From Dehalococcoidia bacterium (GTDB lineage Bacteria; Chloroflexota; Dehalococcoidia; GIF9; UBA5629), in the NCBI GenBank assembly GCA_050011565.1, contig JBEKIW010000003.1, positions 64,001 to 128,000 of the forward strand: a stretch of DNA of 64,000 bases, read 5' to 3'. Shown in pieces: positions 12,570 to 23,903 of the stretch; within the stretch, counting starts at the first letter, position 1; every line of letters begins with the position of its first letter. A program made the position numbers and the translations under genes. The notes beneath the pieces were generated by a model, which was not told the origin of the DNA, did not search any database, and saw only the letters and a list, made by a program, of their open reading frames with translations.

Positions 12570-14276
12570 ATGAGTTTATCTAAACTGATTTCAGTTGCCC
12601 GCGGAGACGCGCCAGCAGACGTGCTGCTCAAGAACGCCAAAATAATAAATACTTTCGTCGGCATAATAGAAGAGGGCAACGTGGCTATCTACGGCGACAG
12701 AATTGCTGGAATCGGTAACTATGTTAAAGCTAAAGAGACGATAGATATAAAGGGTGGCTATCTGGCTCCGGGGCTAATTGACGGCCACACTCATATAGAA
12801 AGCTCAATGCTCCATCCTGCCCATTACGCGCACGCCGTAGTTCCCAGAGGGATTTCTACGGTAGTCACGGACCTGCACGAAATAACCAACGTAGCTGGAT
12901 TTGACGGTATTAAATTTGTAATGGACTGGGCAAAGAAGCTGCCTGTGGACATATTCCTAATGGCACCCTCATGTGTACCGGCAACACATATGGAAACTAG
13001 CGGCGCCGAAATAACCTCCGAAGGAATCAAAAAGGCTTTAAAAATGCAAAATGTCATCGGACTTGGCGAAATGATGAATTTCCCAGGCGTTATCCACAGT
13101 GACAGAGAGGTTCTAAAAAAGATATCTGCTGCCCAGGGTAAAGTCATTGACGGACATACACCTGACGTGACCAATAAACATTTGAATGCCTATATAGCCG
13201 CCGGCATCTACTCAGACCACGAATCAACTGCTACAGAAGAAGGCAGAGAAAAGCTAAGGCGCGGAATGCACCTGATGATACGGGAAGGCTCTTCTGAGAA
13301 AAATCTGGACGCCCTATTACCCTTGGTTAACGACAAGACTTATAAGCGGTGTTTTTTCGTCGTCGATGACCGCAGTTGTTCTGATTTACTTCGCGACGGC
13401 GACGTAGATGATGTTGTCAGAAAAGCAATTCAAAAAGGCCTCGAGCCTATAAGGGCCATACAAATGGCAACTCTAAATACCGCTGAATATTTCAGGCTGT
13501 ACGACCGGGGAGGCATTGCTCCCGGCTACGTGGCTAACCTGATGACCTTTGCCGACCTGCCACAACTGAATGCAGATATGGTCTTCTATAAAGGCCGCCT
13601 GGTAGCTAAAAAGGGCAAATACCTCGGACCCGTGTTAAAAACCTCGGCTGTTGAGCTAGCCGATACGGTCCGCATCAAGCCTTTCGATACAGAAGCGCTG
13701 AAATTAACCGCCAGCGGGAGAAGTCTTCCGGTTATCGAAATCATCCCCGGCCAGATACTGACCAAGAAAAGAATCGAGAGAATGAAAATCAAAGATGGCG
13801 TGGTGACACCTGACCTGGATGAAGATGTATTGAAGCTGGTAGTTGTCGAGAGGCACAAGGCAAGTGGCCGTATTGGCTTGGGGCTGGTTAAAGGATTCGG
13901 CTTAAAACGAGGTGCGATAGCCTCTTCTATCGCCCACGACTCACACAATATAGTGGCAGTCGGCACAAACGACCTGGATATTTTCAGGTCAATAAAAGAA
14001 ATAGAAAGACTAAAAGGCGGGTTGGTGGTGTGTATAGATGGCAAAATAGCGGCAGCTTTGCCTCTACCTATCGCCGGTCTACTTTCACCGGAGCCTTTGG
14101 AAGCTGTGGTGAAAAAATTTAACAATGTCGAAAAAACAGCGTCTACGCTTGGAAATGTCCCGCCGGCTGTGTTTGCGCTTCTTTCTTTCACAGCTTTGCC
14201 TGTAATACCTGAACTTAGATTAACCGATATGGGGCTGGTAGACGTAATAGAATTCAAGTTGATTAACACCTCGTGA
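12570..14276 (+). CDS. ade: Adenine deaminase
   Basis: PGLIDGHTHIESSM, GLGEMMNFPGV, DGH, DHE, IREGS, SIAHDSHN. Confidence 0.95.
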   Translation: MSLSKLISVARGDAPADVLLKNAKIINTFVGIIEEGNVAIYGDRIAGIGNYVKAKETIDIKGGYLAPGLIDGHTHIESSMLHPAHYAHAVVPRGISTVVTDLHEITNVAGFDGIKFVMDWAKKLPVDIFLMAPSCVPATHMETSGAEITSEGIKKALKMQNVIGLGEMMNFPGVIHSDREVLKKISAAQGKVIDGHTPDVTNKHLNAYIAAGIYSDHESTATEEGREKLRRGMHLMIREGSSEKNLDALLPLVNDKTYKRCFFVVDDRSCSDLLRDGDVDDVVRKAIQKGLEPIRAIQMATLNTAEYFRLYDRGGIAPGYVANLMTFADLPQLNADMVFYKGRLVAKKGKYLGPVLKTSAVELADTVRIKPFDTEALKLTASGRSLPVIEIIPGQILTKKRIERMKIKDGVVTPDLDEDVLKLVVVERHKASGRIGLGLVKGFGLKRGAIASSIAHDSHNIVAVGTNDLDIFRSIKEIERLKGGLVVCIDGKIAAALPLPIAGLLSPEPLEAVVKKFNNVEKTASTLGNVPPAVFALLSFTALPVIPELRLTDMGLVDVIEFKLINTS

Positions 14277-14335
14277 AAATCCGTAGCCATTTCATGAGTT
14301 TCGGGCTAACTTTTAAAATAACGGAGGTGCAGGCA

Positions 14336-15295
14336 ATGAAAAAAACAAGACTTTGTGAACTACTCGGCATTGAATACCCGATAATTCAGGGCGGTATGGT
14401 ATGGATTGCCAATGCTGAATTAGCTGCGGCAGTTTCCAATGCCGGCGGCTTGGGCTTAATCAGTCCCAATGCCGGTATGAGTCATAATGGCGACCAGGTG
14501 GAAAATCTAAAGAAGCAAATAGAAATAGCCAAGGGTCTAACTTCCAAACCATTCGGGGTCAATTTACCCATATTAAACAACCCCCAGATTGAGGCGCTCG
14601 TCGACGCGGTTATTAAGGCTAAAGTGAAAGTCGTGGCCACAGCCGCCGGCAATCCAGCCCTGTACACCAGCCGCTTCAAAGAAGCCGGAATAAAAGTCCT
14701 ACATCTGGTAGCGGCTGTAAGACATGCCCAGAGTGCGGAAAGACGCGGTGTAGATGCGGTTATCGCTGAAGGCTATGAGGCGGGCGGTCACAACGGCCTT
14801 GATGAGCTGACCACATTGACTCTGGTGCCGCAGGTCGCGGACGCGGTGTCAATTCCGGTAGTGGCTGCCGGAGGCATCGCCGATGCCAGGGGCCTAGTGG
14901 CCGCGCTGGCATTAGGAGCCGACGGTGTTCAGATGGGCACTCGCTTTGTGGCCACTCGTGAGTGTGCCGCCCACCAGAATTTCAAAGATGCTATAGTAAA
15001 AGCTACAGATACCGACACAGCGATTACAGGCAGGAAACTTGGACCAACCAGAATACTAAAGAACGAGATAGCCACCAAGCTGCTCGATATGGAGGCGGCT
15101 GGAGCTTCGGCTGAAGAGCTTCAAGCTTTTATCGGCAGCAGCCGGTCACGGACAGGACAATTTGAAGGCGACCTTGCCAACGGTGAAGCTTATTGTGGTT
15201 CCATAGCCGGTATGATAAAGGAAATAAAAAGCGTCGCTGAAGTAATTCAAAGCATCGTTGAGAACTACGATAAAGTATTGGCCCGCTTGAGATAA
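14336..15295 (+). CDS. Nitronate monooxygenase / enoyl-ACP reductase FabK-like flavoprotein (paralogue 1)
   Basis: YPIIQGGM, EGYEAGGH, PVVAAGGIAD, GVQMGTRF; GGAGG RBS before ATG 14336. Confidence 0.88.
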   Translation: MKKTRLCELLGIEYPIIQGGMVWIANAELAAAVSNAGGLGLISPNAGMSHNGDQVENLKKQIEIAKGLTSKPFGVNLPILNNPQIEALVDAVIKAKVKVVATAAGNPALYTSRFKEAGIKVLHLVAAVRHAQSAERRGVDAVIAEGYEAGGHNGLDELTTLTLVPQVADAVSIPVVAAGGIADARGLVAALALGADGVQMGTRFVATRECAAHQNFKDAIVKATDTDTAITGRKLGPTRILKNEIATKLLDMEAAGASAEELQAFIGSSRSRTGQFEGDLANGEAYCGSIAGMIKEIKSVAEVIQSIVENYDKVLARLR

Positions 15296-15406
15296 TAGAG
15301 ATTGTTAAAACCGGCTTTACACCAGAAACCTGGTTCAATTCTAATAGATTGCAAACTCAGACGGCACGTAGAACTACTATGGTTTTATAATTATGAATAA
15401 GCAAGC

Positions 15407-15799
15407 TCAGCCGGCTTTTTCTGCCCTGGCTCGGGTACTTCGCGCCAATACTCTGATAGCCTCCATCAAGTCCTGACGCCGGCAATCTTTGGTCAGATAC
15501 CAACTGGCACCAGCATCGAGCGCAGCCCCCACGTAATCACCATAGACCGTAAGAAACAGAATCTTAACTTCAGGTTGGCCTCGTTTTATGCGACGGGTTG
15601 CCTCTGTGCCATCTATGCCCGGCATGTGGGCGTCCATCAAAATAACATCTGGAATCAGTTTTTCCGCTTTTGCCACAGCCTCCAGGCCATCCGTAGCCTC
15701 GCCAATCACATCTATGTCAGACTGGGGCTCAAGTATACTTTTCAGCCCCTCTCTTACTACTTCATTATCATCGACTATGAGTACTCTAATCTTTTCCAT
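15407..15799 (-). CDS. Stand-alone response regulator receiver (NarL-type receiver, no HTH)
   Basis: VLIVDD, phosphoacceptor in LMDAHMP, LT and YLTK; only 130 aa. Confidence 0.85.
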   Translation of the reverse strand: MEKIRVLIVDDNEVVREGLKSILEPQSDIDVIGEATDGLEAVAKAEKLIPDVILMDAHMPGIDGTEATRRIKRGQPEVKILFLTVYGDYVGAALDAGASWYLTKDCRRQDLMEAIRVLARSTRARAEKAG

Positions 15800-15898
15800 T
15801 CTATCTCCTGTATCCGGTCGCGAATCTTCTTTATCTAGTTCTAAGTTTACCGCCTCAATTCGGTTATATAATCGGGAGTATGGCTGGTTTCAACTGGG

Positions 15899-15930
15899 CA
15901 AAAAGGTGGAGTTTAAATCTCAACCTTTTC
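15899..15930 (-). terminator. Probable intrinsic terminator after the NarL-type regulator
   Basis: Minus strand GAAAAGGTTGAGATTTAAACTCCACCTTTTT: imperfect hairpin plus U-run. Confidence 0.45.
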
Positions 15931-15960
15931 TCCGATATCCGGTAGTACTTTAGTATGACT

Positions 15961-16605
15961 CTAAAGGCGGATTATGCCCTTCTTTAAAGCTTGAGTTACG
16001 GCTTCGGTACGGTCATTCACTCCCAGTTTTTGAAAGATATTAGTAATATGCGTTTTAACCGTACTCTGGGCAATATTAAGTTCCGCGCTAATCTCTTTAT
16101 TTGCCGCACCTTTGGCCACGAGGCATAATACTTCCAGCTCTCGCTCAGAAAGCTCATCACCGGACGGCGTCCGGCGGGACAGTTGGGAGAACCGGTCAAG
16201 CAGCTTTGATGCTACTACCGGCTGGATAAGTGACTCACCCCGATAAACAGACCTTATGGCTTTAAACAAATCCTCTCTCGGGGCATCCTTAAGGAGATAA
16301 GCCCGCGCGCCAGCCTCTATGCCGCTAAATATATAGTCGTCATCGCTGTAAGTAGTCAGGATTATAAATTTGACATCAGGCATAGTCGGGCGAATCTGCC
16401 TCATAGCTTCGACGCCGTCCATCTCCGGCATTCGGAGGTCCATCAGCACCACGTCCGGGCTTAATTCCTTGGCCTTATTCACTGCTTCTACTCCGTCCTT
16501 AGCTTCACCAACCACCTTAAAGTCACCCTCCCGGCTCAGCATGGCAATCAATCCTTCTCTTACTACCGGATGGTCATCAGCAATCAAAATCTTTATAGCT
16601 TCCAC
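15961..16605 (-). CDS. NarL/FixJ-family response regulator (REC + LuxR HTH)
   Basis: IADDHPVVREG, LMDLRMP, LSERELEVL...TVKTHITNIFQKLGV.DRTEAV. Confidence 0.95.
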   Translation of the reverse strand: MEAIKILIADDHPVVREGLIAMLSREGDFKVVGEAKDGVEAVNKAKELSPDVVLMDLRMPEMDGVEAMRQIRPTMPDVKFIILTTYSDDDYIFSGIEAGARAYLLKDAPREDLFKAIRSVYRGESLIQPVVASKLLDRFSQLSRRTPSGDELSERELEVLCLVAKGAANKEISAELNIAQSTVKTHITNIFQKLGVNDRTEAVTQALKKGIIRL

Positions 16606-18761
16606 TACGAAACCTCCTTGCCGGTAGGAATAACTATCTTCACCAGCGTCCCTTTGCCTCTTTGGCTTTGCACTTCAAACGTACCCCCTAAGCCCCGGGC
16701 CCGTTCCCGCATACTTATCAAACCGAAAGTATCACGTTTCTTCTCTCCCTTATCTCCATCATCCGATACTTTATGTTTGAAGCCAACGCCGTTATCTCGA
16801 ACGGTGAGTTCCGCCGCTGATTCATTAAAAGTGAGATTTACCTCTACTTCAGTAGCTTTGGCATGCTTTCTTACATTGGTCATGGACTCCTGGAAAATGC
16901 GAAGAATGCCGGCTTCCAGCTCAGGCGGCAAGTCACGCCTGTCACCCATAATATTGAATTTCACAATCACACCTGTGCTCTGGCTGAATCTGTCTACCTC
17001 TTGTTTAATCGCATCAGCTAAGGGCCGTTGTTCTAGAGCCTCTGGGCGTAAGTTCCATACCGAGCGTCTCGCCTCAGCTAGGCTTTTTCTAGCTAGATTT
17101 CGAGCCTGGTTTAAATGGCGCTGTAACGCCGGCAAATCACTACCTAATGCTTGTTCTGCTGCCTCAAGCTGCAAAATAATGCCGCTGAACCCTTGAGCCA
17201 GCGTGTCATGAATCTCCCTGGCCATGCGGTTACGTTCTTCCATCACTGCCATTTGCCGTGTCTCATCATACAGACGTGCATTGTCGATAGCCACCGCCAG
17301 TTGGTCAGCCAGCGTCTGGGCAGTATACAAATCAGCTTCACCAAAAGCATCGACGTCGGTGCTCTCGATATCGAGAACTCCAATAACATTGTTTCCCATC
17401 TTCACCGGCACAGCAAGCTCAGACCTGGTGTCTCTTAACGCCTCGACGGCACGATACCTCGGGTTCTCACTTACATCATTGGCTAAAATAGGTTCACCTG
17501 TCTGGGCTACCCAACCAACAATGCTCTCTTCATCCACCTCCAGAGGTACTCCGACGGGTATAACGCTTTTCTGTCCGCTTAAACACAGCGCTTTAAGGGC
17601 CAGTGTACCGGAAGAGGGCTCCAATAAATATATGTTGACATTATAGAAGTGAAAGGTCTCACGGAGTAAGTTGCCCACATAAGGGAGCAGCTCATCGAGT
17701 TTAACAATAGAGCTAATCTTGCGGCTAACTTCGTTTACGGTACGCAGTTGTTCCGCTCTCTGACGCTCCTGCTTGGTTCTCTCAGCAACCTTCAGTTCCA
17801 GACCCGTGTAAGATTCTTTTAGTGCCTTAGCCATATTGTTGAATTGTTCCGCCAACTGCTGGATTTCATCTCCAGTCTCGGCCTTAATGTTATAGTCGAG
17901 TTCGCCCCTGGCTATGACTTCAGCACCCTTAGTGAGCGCCAGTATCGGTCGGGTAATGGCTCCCGATAGTAAAAATATCACCGCGGTAGCCAGAAGAATC
18001 ATGCCACCGAAAACGCCAGTGAAAATCCACTGCGTTTTCTGTACCTGCTCATTTATATAGTCATTGGTCGCCTTGATCGTGGAGTTAATATGGGACTCCA
18101 GCTCTTCGGCTGGAGCCGAGTACTCGTCGATGTAGGTAGCTGCAGCTACTACAAGATTCATGCCCTTAACGGGTATACAATGCATATATTTTGTCCTTAC
18201 GTTCCCTTTTTCATCTTTCCAGTCGTAATAGCCTGATGCTTCCCCCTTAAAGCTCCTCTCTACAATAGAGGCAAAGGATACAGGTTCACCACCCACTTTA
18301 AGCAAGTTAACGCCGAGCAGCTTGGGGTCCACATCGAAATAGACGGTGCCGGTATTATCATAGACGAATGTTGAACCAGTTTGCCCTACGGTCTGCACCG
18401 CTATCTCGCGCAATGTGTCATTCGCCTTCAGTTCGGAGGTGCTTAAGGAGGGATGATACTGCATGAAAAGCCCTATCTCATCGGCAACATATAACGCACG
18501 CCGTTGTATTAGAGTCCGGCCCAGGTCTTCCAGAGCGGAGATGCTCTGACGCGCAACTTCTTCTCCCATACTCGTACTATTCAGCTTGACTAGAGAGCTG
18601 ACCTGATATATGGTACGAAACGCCAGCAAGCTTATGACGCCCAGCGAGATTAAAGACAAGGCCAAAAAAAAGATAAGAATTTTAGATCTTATGCCGAGCC
18701 GCACCTTAATTTTACTTTCCCAACCTCCAAACGCTCTTCTGTTTTTTACTCCGCTTGCCAT
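16605..18761 (-). CDS. Membrane sensor histidine kinase (Cache-HAMP-GAF-HisKA_3-HATPase)
   Basis: Two TM segments, HAMP (PILALT...DEIQQLAEQFNNM), GAF (RSELAVPVK), ERNRMAREIHDTLAQ, DNGVGF, FGLISMRER. Confidence 0.93.
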   Translation of the reverse strand: MASGVKNRRAFGGWESKIKVRLGIRSKILIFFLALSLISLGVISLLAFRTIYQVSSLVKLNSTSMGEEVARQSISALEDLGRTLIQRRALYVADEIGLFMQYHPSLSTSELKANDTLREIAVQTVGQTGSTFVYDNTGTVYFDVDPKLLGVNLLKVGGEPVSFASIVERSFKGEASGYYDWKDEKGNVRTKYMHCIPVKGMNLVVAAATYIDEYSAPAEELESHINSTIKATNDYINEQVQKTQWIFTGVFGGMILLATAVIFLLSGAITRPILALTKGAEVIARGELDYNIKAETGDEIQQLAEQFNNMAKALKESYTGLELKVAERTKQERQRAEQLRTVNEVSRKISSIVKLDELLPYVGNLLRETFHFYNVNIYLLEPSSGTLALKALCLSGQKSVIPVGVPLEVDEESIVGWVAQTGEPILANDVSENPRYRAVEALRDTRSELAVPVKMGNNVIGVLDIESTDVDAFGEADLYTAQTLADQLAVAIDNARLYDETRQMAVMEERNRMAREIHDTLAQGFSGIILQLEAAEQALGSDLPALQRHLNQARNLARKSLAEARRSVWNLRPEALEQRPLADAIKQEVDRFSQSTGVIVKFNIMGDRRDLPPELEAGILRIFQESMTNVRKHAKATEVEVNLTFNESAAELTVRDNGVGFKHKVSDDGDKGEKKRDTFGLISMRERARGLGGTFEVQSQRGKGTLVKIVIPTGKEVS

Positions 18762-19972
18762 ATCAACTTTTCTCCATATTCAAGTAAAACTTTCTGGCGT
18801 TCATCTCGTACTTTCTTAGTATCCAGGTATCTCTTTAGAGCTTCAATGGGGCTCAATCTCTGGCTGGTCAATTCACCCAACCTGAGACGTGCCTCCTGCC
18901 TTACTTCTTTGGCAATGACGGCGCAGTGAGCTGCTTTGAGAGCCTTGTTTATCTCTACTTCCCGAACAGAAGCTTCCAGAGCGGCAGGCAAGCTTATGTG
19001 AACCCTGACTACAGCATTTTCGATAGCCGCATGCTGCTGAGCAATAGCATTCAAAACAGTACCGGTTGGGTCTGCATCTTCAATAGCTATATCCACAGCC
19101 ACAGTTACGAAGCGCCGGGCATTAACTTCATGGAACTCATAGGTTACGCGCTTTTCTTTACCTCTCATTTCCACATCAACCACATAGAAACCTTTATCTT
19201 CATCTTCGTCGCCGAAGTCGAAACGCTCCAGACTGCCGGCATAAACAACAGGTGGGTTTTGAAGTAAAACCTGGTGTCGGTGGATATGTCCCAAAGCGAC
19301 GTAGTCAAAAACAGGCAGAGCCACATTTCCCAGCAACAAAACAGGGTCCCTCCCCACCACCATACTTCTCTCCGACCCAGGTTTAGCTGTCGACACCGCT
19401 ACGTGAGCAGCCAGCAATGCCGGCAAGCCCGGGTCAAGTTCTGGAATAAGGTCTAACAGCCTGCGAGTCATTATTTCCTGAAGCCGGTCATTTGCCTGCT
19501 CTATGCTGAGATTTTTCGCTTCTTCCCGACTGAGCAATGCACTTCGCTTAAGCCAGGGCAAAGCCACTATCTGAACATTACCCTTTTTAGTCGGTATACG
19601 GTAAATATCCGGTCGGTTGCCGACATAAATATGGTTGACAGACAATATATCGAAAATCTCCACAGCGTTAGCTCGACCAATTGCGTTGGGCAGGTCATGA
19701 TTGCCTACCAATAAGAAAACGGCGATTCCGTTTTCTGATAGCCGTCTGAGCCGTTTGGCAAATTCTCGCTGTTGAGTCTGGGAAGGGTCACGATTCTTGT
19801 AAGCATCTCCACAAAACAGAACCAGGTCAACACCATTACCCACCGCATACTCCACTACCTCGTCCAGAGCGTTCAGGACATCAATCAACCTCGTCGATAA
19901 TCCCGTAGCCGGGTCAACACCACCATAAGTCTCCATGCCCAGATGGAGGTCAGCAAAATGAAGAATCTTCAT
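18746..19972 (-). CDS. sbcD: SbcD/Mre11-family nuclease subunit
   Basis: [40 protein letters not shown]. Confidence 0.9.
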   Translation of the reverse strand: MKILHFADLHLGMETYGGVDPATGLSTRLIDVLNALDEVVEYAVGNGVDLVLFCGDAYKNRDPSQTQQREFAKRLRRLSENGIAVFLLVGNHDLPNAIGRANAVEIFDILSVNHIYVGNRPDIYRIPTKKGNVQIVALPWLKRSALLSREEAKNLSIEQANDRLQEIMTRRLLDLIPELDPGLPALLAAHVAVSTAKPGSERSMVVGRDPVLLLGNVALPVFDYVALGHIHRHQVLLQNPPVVYAGSLERFDFGDEDEDKGFYVVDVEMRGKEKRVTYEFHEVNARRFVTVAVDIAIEDADPTGTVLNAIAQQHAAIENAVVRVHISLPAALEASVREVEINKALKAAHCAVIAKEVRQEARLRLGELTSQRLSPIEALKRYLDTKKVRDERQKVLLEYGEKLIWQAE

Positions 19973-21339
19973 TGTTCTACAGCATCGGACGCTCTGGTTG
20001 CCCACAAAGGCTGCGTGTCAAAAGCTTCGCCGCTTAACTTCGCCTGCAAAATTTTAACTGAGTCTTTTATCGGTAATCTAATCTGCGCCAGGCTATCGCG
20101 CTCCCGAATAGTAATCTGATTGTCCTCGAGCGACTTAAAATCCACGGTAACGCAGAAGGGAGTACCGACTTCGTCCTGACGTCGATAACGCCGACCAATG
20201 CTCTGGGCATCATCATATTGCGTCACAAAATGTCGACGAAGTTCAGCATATACCTCCCTGGCTAGCGGCGCCAGCTTCTCATTTCTGCTCAACGGCAAAA
20301 CAGCCACTTTGATTGGAGCCAGCTCACGGTGAAGACGCAAAACCACTCTCGTTTCTCCATCAGCTAAGTCCTCATCATAAGCATCCACTAGAAACGCCAG
20401 CAGTGAGCGGTCGACTCCCGCCGAAGGCTCGATAACATAGGGCACGTAGCGCTCACCGGAATCTTCATCGAAATAACTCAAATTTTTGCCGCTGTGTTTA
20501 GCATGTTGCACCAGGTCGAAGTCACCCCTGTTGGCTATACCCTCCAGCTCAGCCCACCCCATAGGGAAAAGATATTCGACGTCAAAGCAGCCCTTGGCAT
20601 AATGGGCCAGTTCTTCATCGCAGTGCCGGCGTAGACGCAGATTGTCCTGTTTGATTCCAAGCTTTAGGTACCACTCAAAGCGCTCCTTCACCCAATAATT
20701 GAACCATTCCTCGTCGGTTCCCGGCTTAACGAAGAACTCAATCTCCATCTGCTCAAACTCTCTAGTCCGGAAAATAAAATTACCGGTCGTGATTTCATTG
20801 CGGAAGGATTTGCCTATTTGAGCAATGCCAAAGGGCAGCTTTTTCCTGGAAGTAGCCAGCACATTGTCGAAGTTAACGAAAATACCCTGAGCTGTTTCCG
20901 GTCGCAGATATACGACACTGGCATCATCTTCCACCGGTCCCATGAACGTCTTGAACATTAAATTGAATTGCTTTGGCTCCGTCAGAGCGCCGCCGCAATC
21001 GGGACAAACATTTCCAATTAAGTCGGTAGCTCGCCGTCTAAGGTGACAGGACTTACATTCCACCAACGGGTCGGAAAAGTTCTCCACGTGGCCGCTGGCG
21101 ACCCACGTCTGGGGATGCATAATTATGCTGGCATCCAAACCAACCATATCATCCCGTTCTTGAACTACTGCCCGCCACCAGGTGTTTTTAACATTTCTCT
21201 TTAGTTCGGCCCCCAGCGGCCCATAATCCCAACTGCTGCCCAGGCCACCATAAATTTCGCTGCTCGGGAAAATAAAACCACGCCGCTTACACAGCGAGAC
21301 GATTTTTTCCATATCTACTTTGCTTTTTTCCTCAGGCAA
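19969..21339 (-). CDS. glyQS: Glycine--tRNA ligase (alpha2 type)
   Basis: [50 protein letters not shown]. Confidence 0.96.
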   Translation of the reverse strand: MPEEKSKVDMEKIVSLCKRRGFIFPSSEIYGGLGSSWDYGPLGAELKRNVKNTWWRAVVQERDDMVGLDASIIMHPQTWVASGHVENFSDPLVECKSCHLRRRATDLIGNVCPDCGGALTEPKQFNLMFKTFMGPVEDDASVVYLRPETAQGIFVNFDNVLATSRKKLPFGIAQIGKSFRNEITTGNFIFRTREFEQMEIEFFVKPGTDEEWFNYWVKERFEWYLKLGIKQDNLRLRRHCDEELAHYAKGCFDVEYLFPMGWAELEGIANRGDFDLVQHAKHSGKNLSYFDEDSGERYVPYVIEPSAGVDRSLLAFLVDAYDEDLADGETRVVLRLHRELAPIKVAVLPLSRNEKLAPLAREVYAELRRHFVTQYDDAQSIGRRYRRQDEVGTPFCVTVDFKSLEDNQITIRERDSLAQIRLPIKDSVKILQAKLSGEAFDTQPLWATRASDAVEQ

Positions 21340-21460
21340 TTAAATATCCTCCGAAGCTTACCCAAGCTTAGCAACTTTATGTCCGAGTGTCAAAAACCCC
21401 CAAGTGATGTTTTTACGTAATTGTGTTAGAATCAAAACATACTGGCATTACATAAGCCTA

Positions 21461-23101
21461 ATGATGAAGACAATTAATAATCTCGGATTGCTGTTTGCGT
21501 TGTTTCTGGTGCTCCTGATTCCGGCAGGCAACTCGTGTCTTACTCAACCCGTAACTCCACCGTCACCTCCCCCACCCCAACAAGAGGAGCCGTCTCCGGA
21601 TATGACACCGCCGCAAGCAGTAATCACCGTGGCTCCGGCTGAAACTATTACCTCCGGCAAAGTCACTTTTGAATGGACAGGCAGTGATGACAGGACGCCA
21701 ACCAATAAACTGACCTATTCATATTATCTGGAAGGCCGCGATAACAGTTATTCTTCATTCACAGCGGACACTACTAAGACCTATACCAATTTGCCCGATG
21801 GCACTTATATGTTTTACGTCAAAGCTCATGATGAAGCTGACAATGTCGACTCCACACCGGCATCTGTCAAATTCACCGTGGCTACTCCCAAACCGGAAGG
21901 AAAAACCGAGACCGGGACCGTAACCCCGATTGTCAGTACGTTGCTTATAGTACCGAACAGCGATGTCAGCCATATCGCGGTTGGCTATGATAACACAATT
22001 TATGCACTTGATTCTCCCCATGCCAGGCTTTACAAGTCAGACCACGGCGGCTACGGTTGGACCGACATATCGAGAGGCCTTGGCGCAGCCGCACCCTGGA
22101 CCGCACTGGCTATAGCCCCGGATGACCATAGAATAGTTGCAGTAGTGACCAATGGAACTGAAGTATTCGTGTCATCCGATGGTGGCGCCAACTTCGCTGC
22201 TACCGGATTAAACGGCAAGCTGAGCGGTAGTGAGCGTGTGCAATGCCTGGCTATCTCCCCGGGTTACGGCAGCCGGGATATTGCTGTAGGCACATCCACA
22301 GGCAGCGGCAATGGCAAGGTATGGGTAAACATAATGAATGGCTTTACGGGAGGCTGGCGGGACATGAGTTCCGGCGCCACCGGCTGGTCAAATGCCGACA
22401 TCTTCGCTATCGAGTATTCACCGGGGTTTGCCGTTGATGGCACCATACTGGCCGTCGCCGCCACCGGGCCTCCTCCGAATTCCGACGGCACTTTTCTGTA
22501 CATCGGTTTCAGAGACCTCGGCGGAAATACCACAACCTGGAATAATTCCTCAGGATATCCGGTGGAAATATCTCAATCAGGGCAGGATACGCCGGGGACG
22601 CCGCTCACCTATGCTGATATAGCCTTGCCCGCAGACTATATTGGAACCTCTCCCGCAAATCGGCATGTCTACGCTTGCTGGAGCGACAACCCGCCGGGAG
22701 TAGCCGCCTCAGGCAGTCCAAATGATGATGTGTACCGTATTGACGACACTGTATGCTACAGGCTTCTGGTTCGTACTGATGTCATCTGCAGCCTGGCACA
22801 CTACGGTATGTTCAGTAGGGGTAAGCTGCTGGCTGGGGCTGTGGCGGCATCGACTGTGTCGCTTTTCCGCGGCCCTCAGGTATACTTTACCTCTAACCCA
22901 AGCTCGCCATATCCCACCTGGCAGAACAGCCAGAAGCCGCCCACCGGTCCCGCTCAGGCCCGGGTAGCCTGGTCCGCTGACGGTATAGTTGGTTACTGTG
23001 GCACCAGCTCTCCGGCCGGCGGCAGCAATGACCAGAGCGCTTTCTCGGTAAGCATTAATAACGGCTTCACCTGGAACCAGATAGGGCTGATTGACCTTTA
23101 G
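21461..23101 (+). CDS. Exported/lipoprotein with Pro linker, Ig/FN3-like domain and BNR/Asp-box beta-propeller
   Basis: Hydrophobic signal ending AGNSC; Pro-rich linker; YTNLPDGTYMFYVKAHD; Asp-boxes SDHGGYGW, SSDGGANF, SINNGFTW. Confidence 0.7.
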   Translation: MMKTINNLGLLFALFLVLLIPAGNSCLTQPVTPPSPPPPQQEEPSPDMTPPQAVITVAPAETITSGKVTFEWTGSDDRTPTNKLTYSYYLEGRDNSYSSFTADTTKTYTNLPDGTYMFYVKAHDEADNVDSTPASVKFTVATPKPEGKTETGTVTPIVSTLLIVPNSDVSHIAVGYDNTIYALDSPHARLYKSDHGGYGWTDISRGLGAAAPWTALAIAPDDHRIVAVVTNGTEVFVSSDGGANFAATGLNGKLSGSERVQCLAISPGYGSRDIAVGTSTGSGNGKVWVNIMNGFTGGWRDMSSGATGWSNADIFAIEYSPGFAVDGTILAVAATGPPPNSDGTFLYIGFRDLGGNTTTWNNSSGYPVEISQSGQDTPGTPLTYADIALPADYIGTSPANRHVYACWSDNPPGVAASGSPNDDVYRIDDTVCYRLLVRTDVICSLAHYGMFSRGKLLAGAVAASTVSLFRGPQVYFTSNPSSPYPTWQNSQKPPTGPAQARVAWSADGIVGYCGTSSPAGGSNDQSAFSVSINNGFTWNQIGLIDL

Positions 23102-23143
23102 TTTGACACCTTGACTCGCTATCTCCTACAATTTCCATTCGTT

Positions 23144-23839
23144 ATGATTAAAGCCGTCTTATTCGACTTTTACAACACCCTGGCCAGCTACTATCCACCC
23201 CGGGAGGATATCTACATTAGCAGTTGCCGTGAACTAGGCATCGACGTAGAAGCCAAAGCGCTATTCACCTCATTAACCGCCGCCGACATTTTTTACCGCA
23301 ATGAAAACTCCCGCTCGCCTATAGACAGCAAAAACCCAGAGGAAAAAATCAACTTCTACGTCGAATACGTAACCAGAATAATTGGCGGAGCCGGGGCAGA
23401 AATTAGCCGTGACGCCGCGCTTCAAATACTGGCTAAAATCAGAGAGTATAAATGGGAATTCAAAGTCTATGATGATGCATTACCCGTCCTAAAAACACTT
23501 AAAAAACGCGGCTTAATCCTCGGGCTTATTTCAAATGTTGCTCAGGACATGGAGGCCACGTATACTAAGCTGGGATTGCAGCCATACCTCACTTTCAAAG
23601 TAACCTCGGCTGAGGTTGGTTATGATAAGCCACGGCCGGAAATATTCCTGGCGGCGCTTGGGAAAGCTAAAGTCAAGCCCGGAGAAGCGCTATATGTCGG
23701 TGACCAATACCAGATAGACGTCGTCGGCGCCCGCGGTGTCGGCATTAAGGCATTGCTCATCGACCGCAACGATTACTTTCCGGACATCACTGACTGTCCC
23801 CGACTGCACAGACTCACCGAAATCAAGGAATACATCTGA
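23144..23839 (+). CDS. HAD-family hydrolase
   Basis: AVLFDFYNTL (motif I variant), ISN, KPRPEIF, YVGDQYQIDVVGA. Confidence 0.88.
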   Translation: MIKAVLFDFYNTLASYYPPREDIYISSCRELGIDVEAKALFTSLTAADIFYRNENSRSPIDSKNPEEKINFYVEYVTRIIGGAGAEISRDAALQILAKIREYKWEFKVYDDALPVLKTLKKRGLILGLISNVAQDMEATYTKLGLQPYLTFKVTSAEVGYDKPRPEIFLAALGKAKVKPGEALYVGDQYQIDVVGARGVGIKALLIDRNDYFPDITDCPRLHRLTEIKEYI

Positions 23840-23903
23840 AGACGAAAACATTCTTCTCCGGGTAGATAGGAGCATCTGCTCCAATCATACCTCAGAGATT
23901 ACA

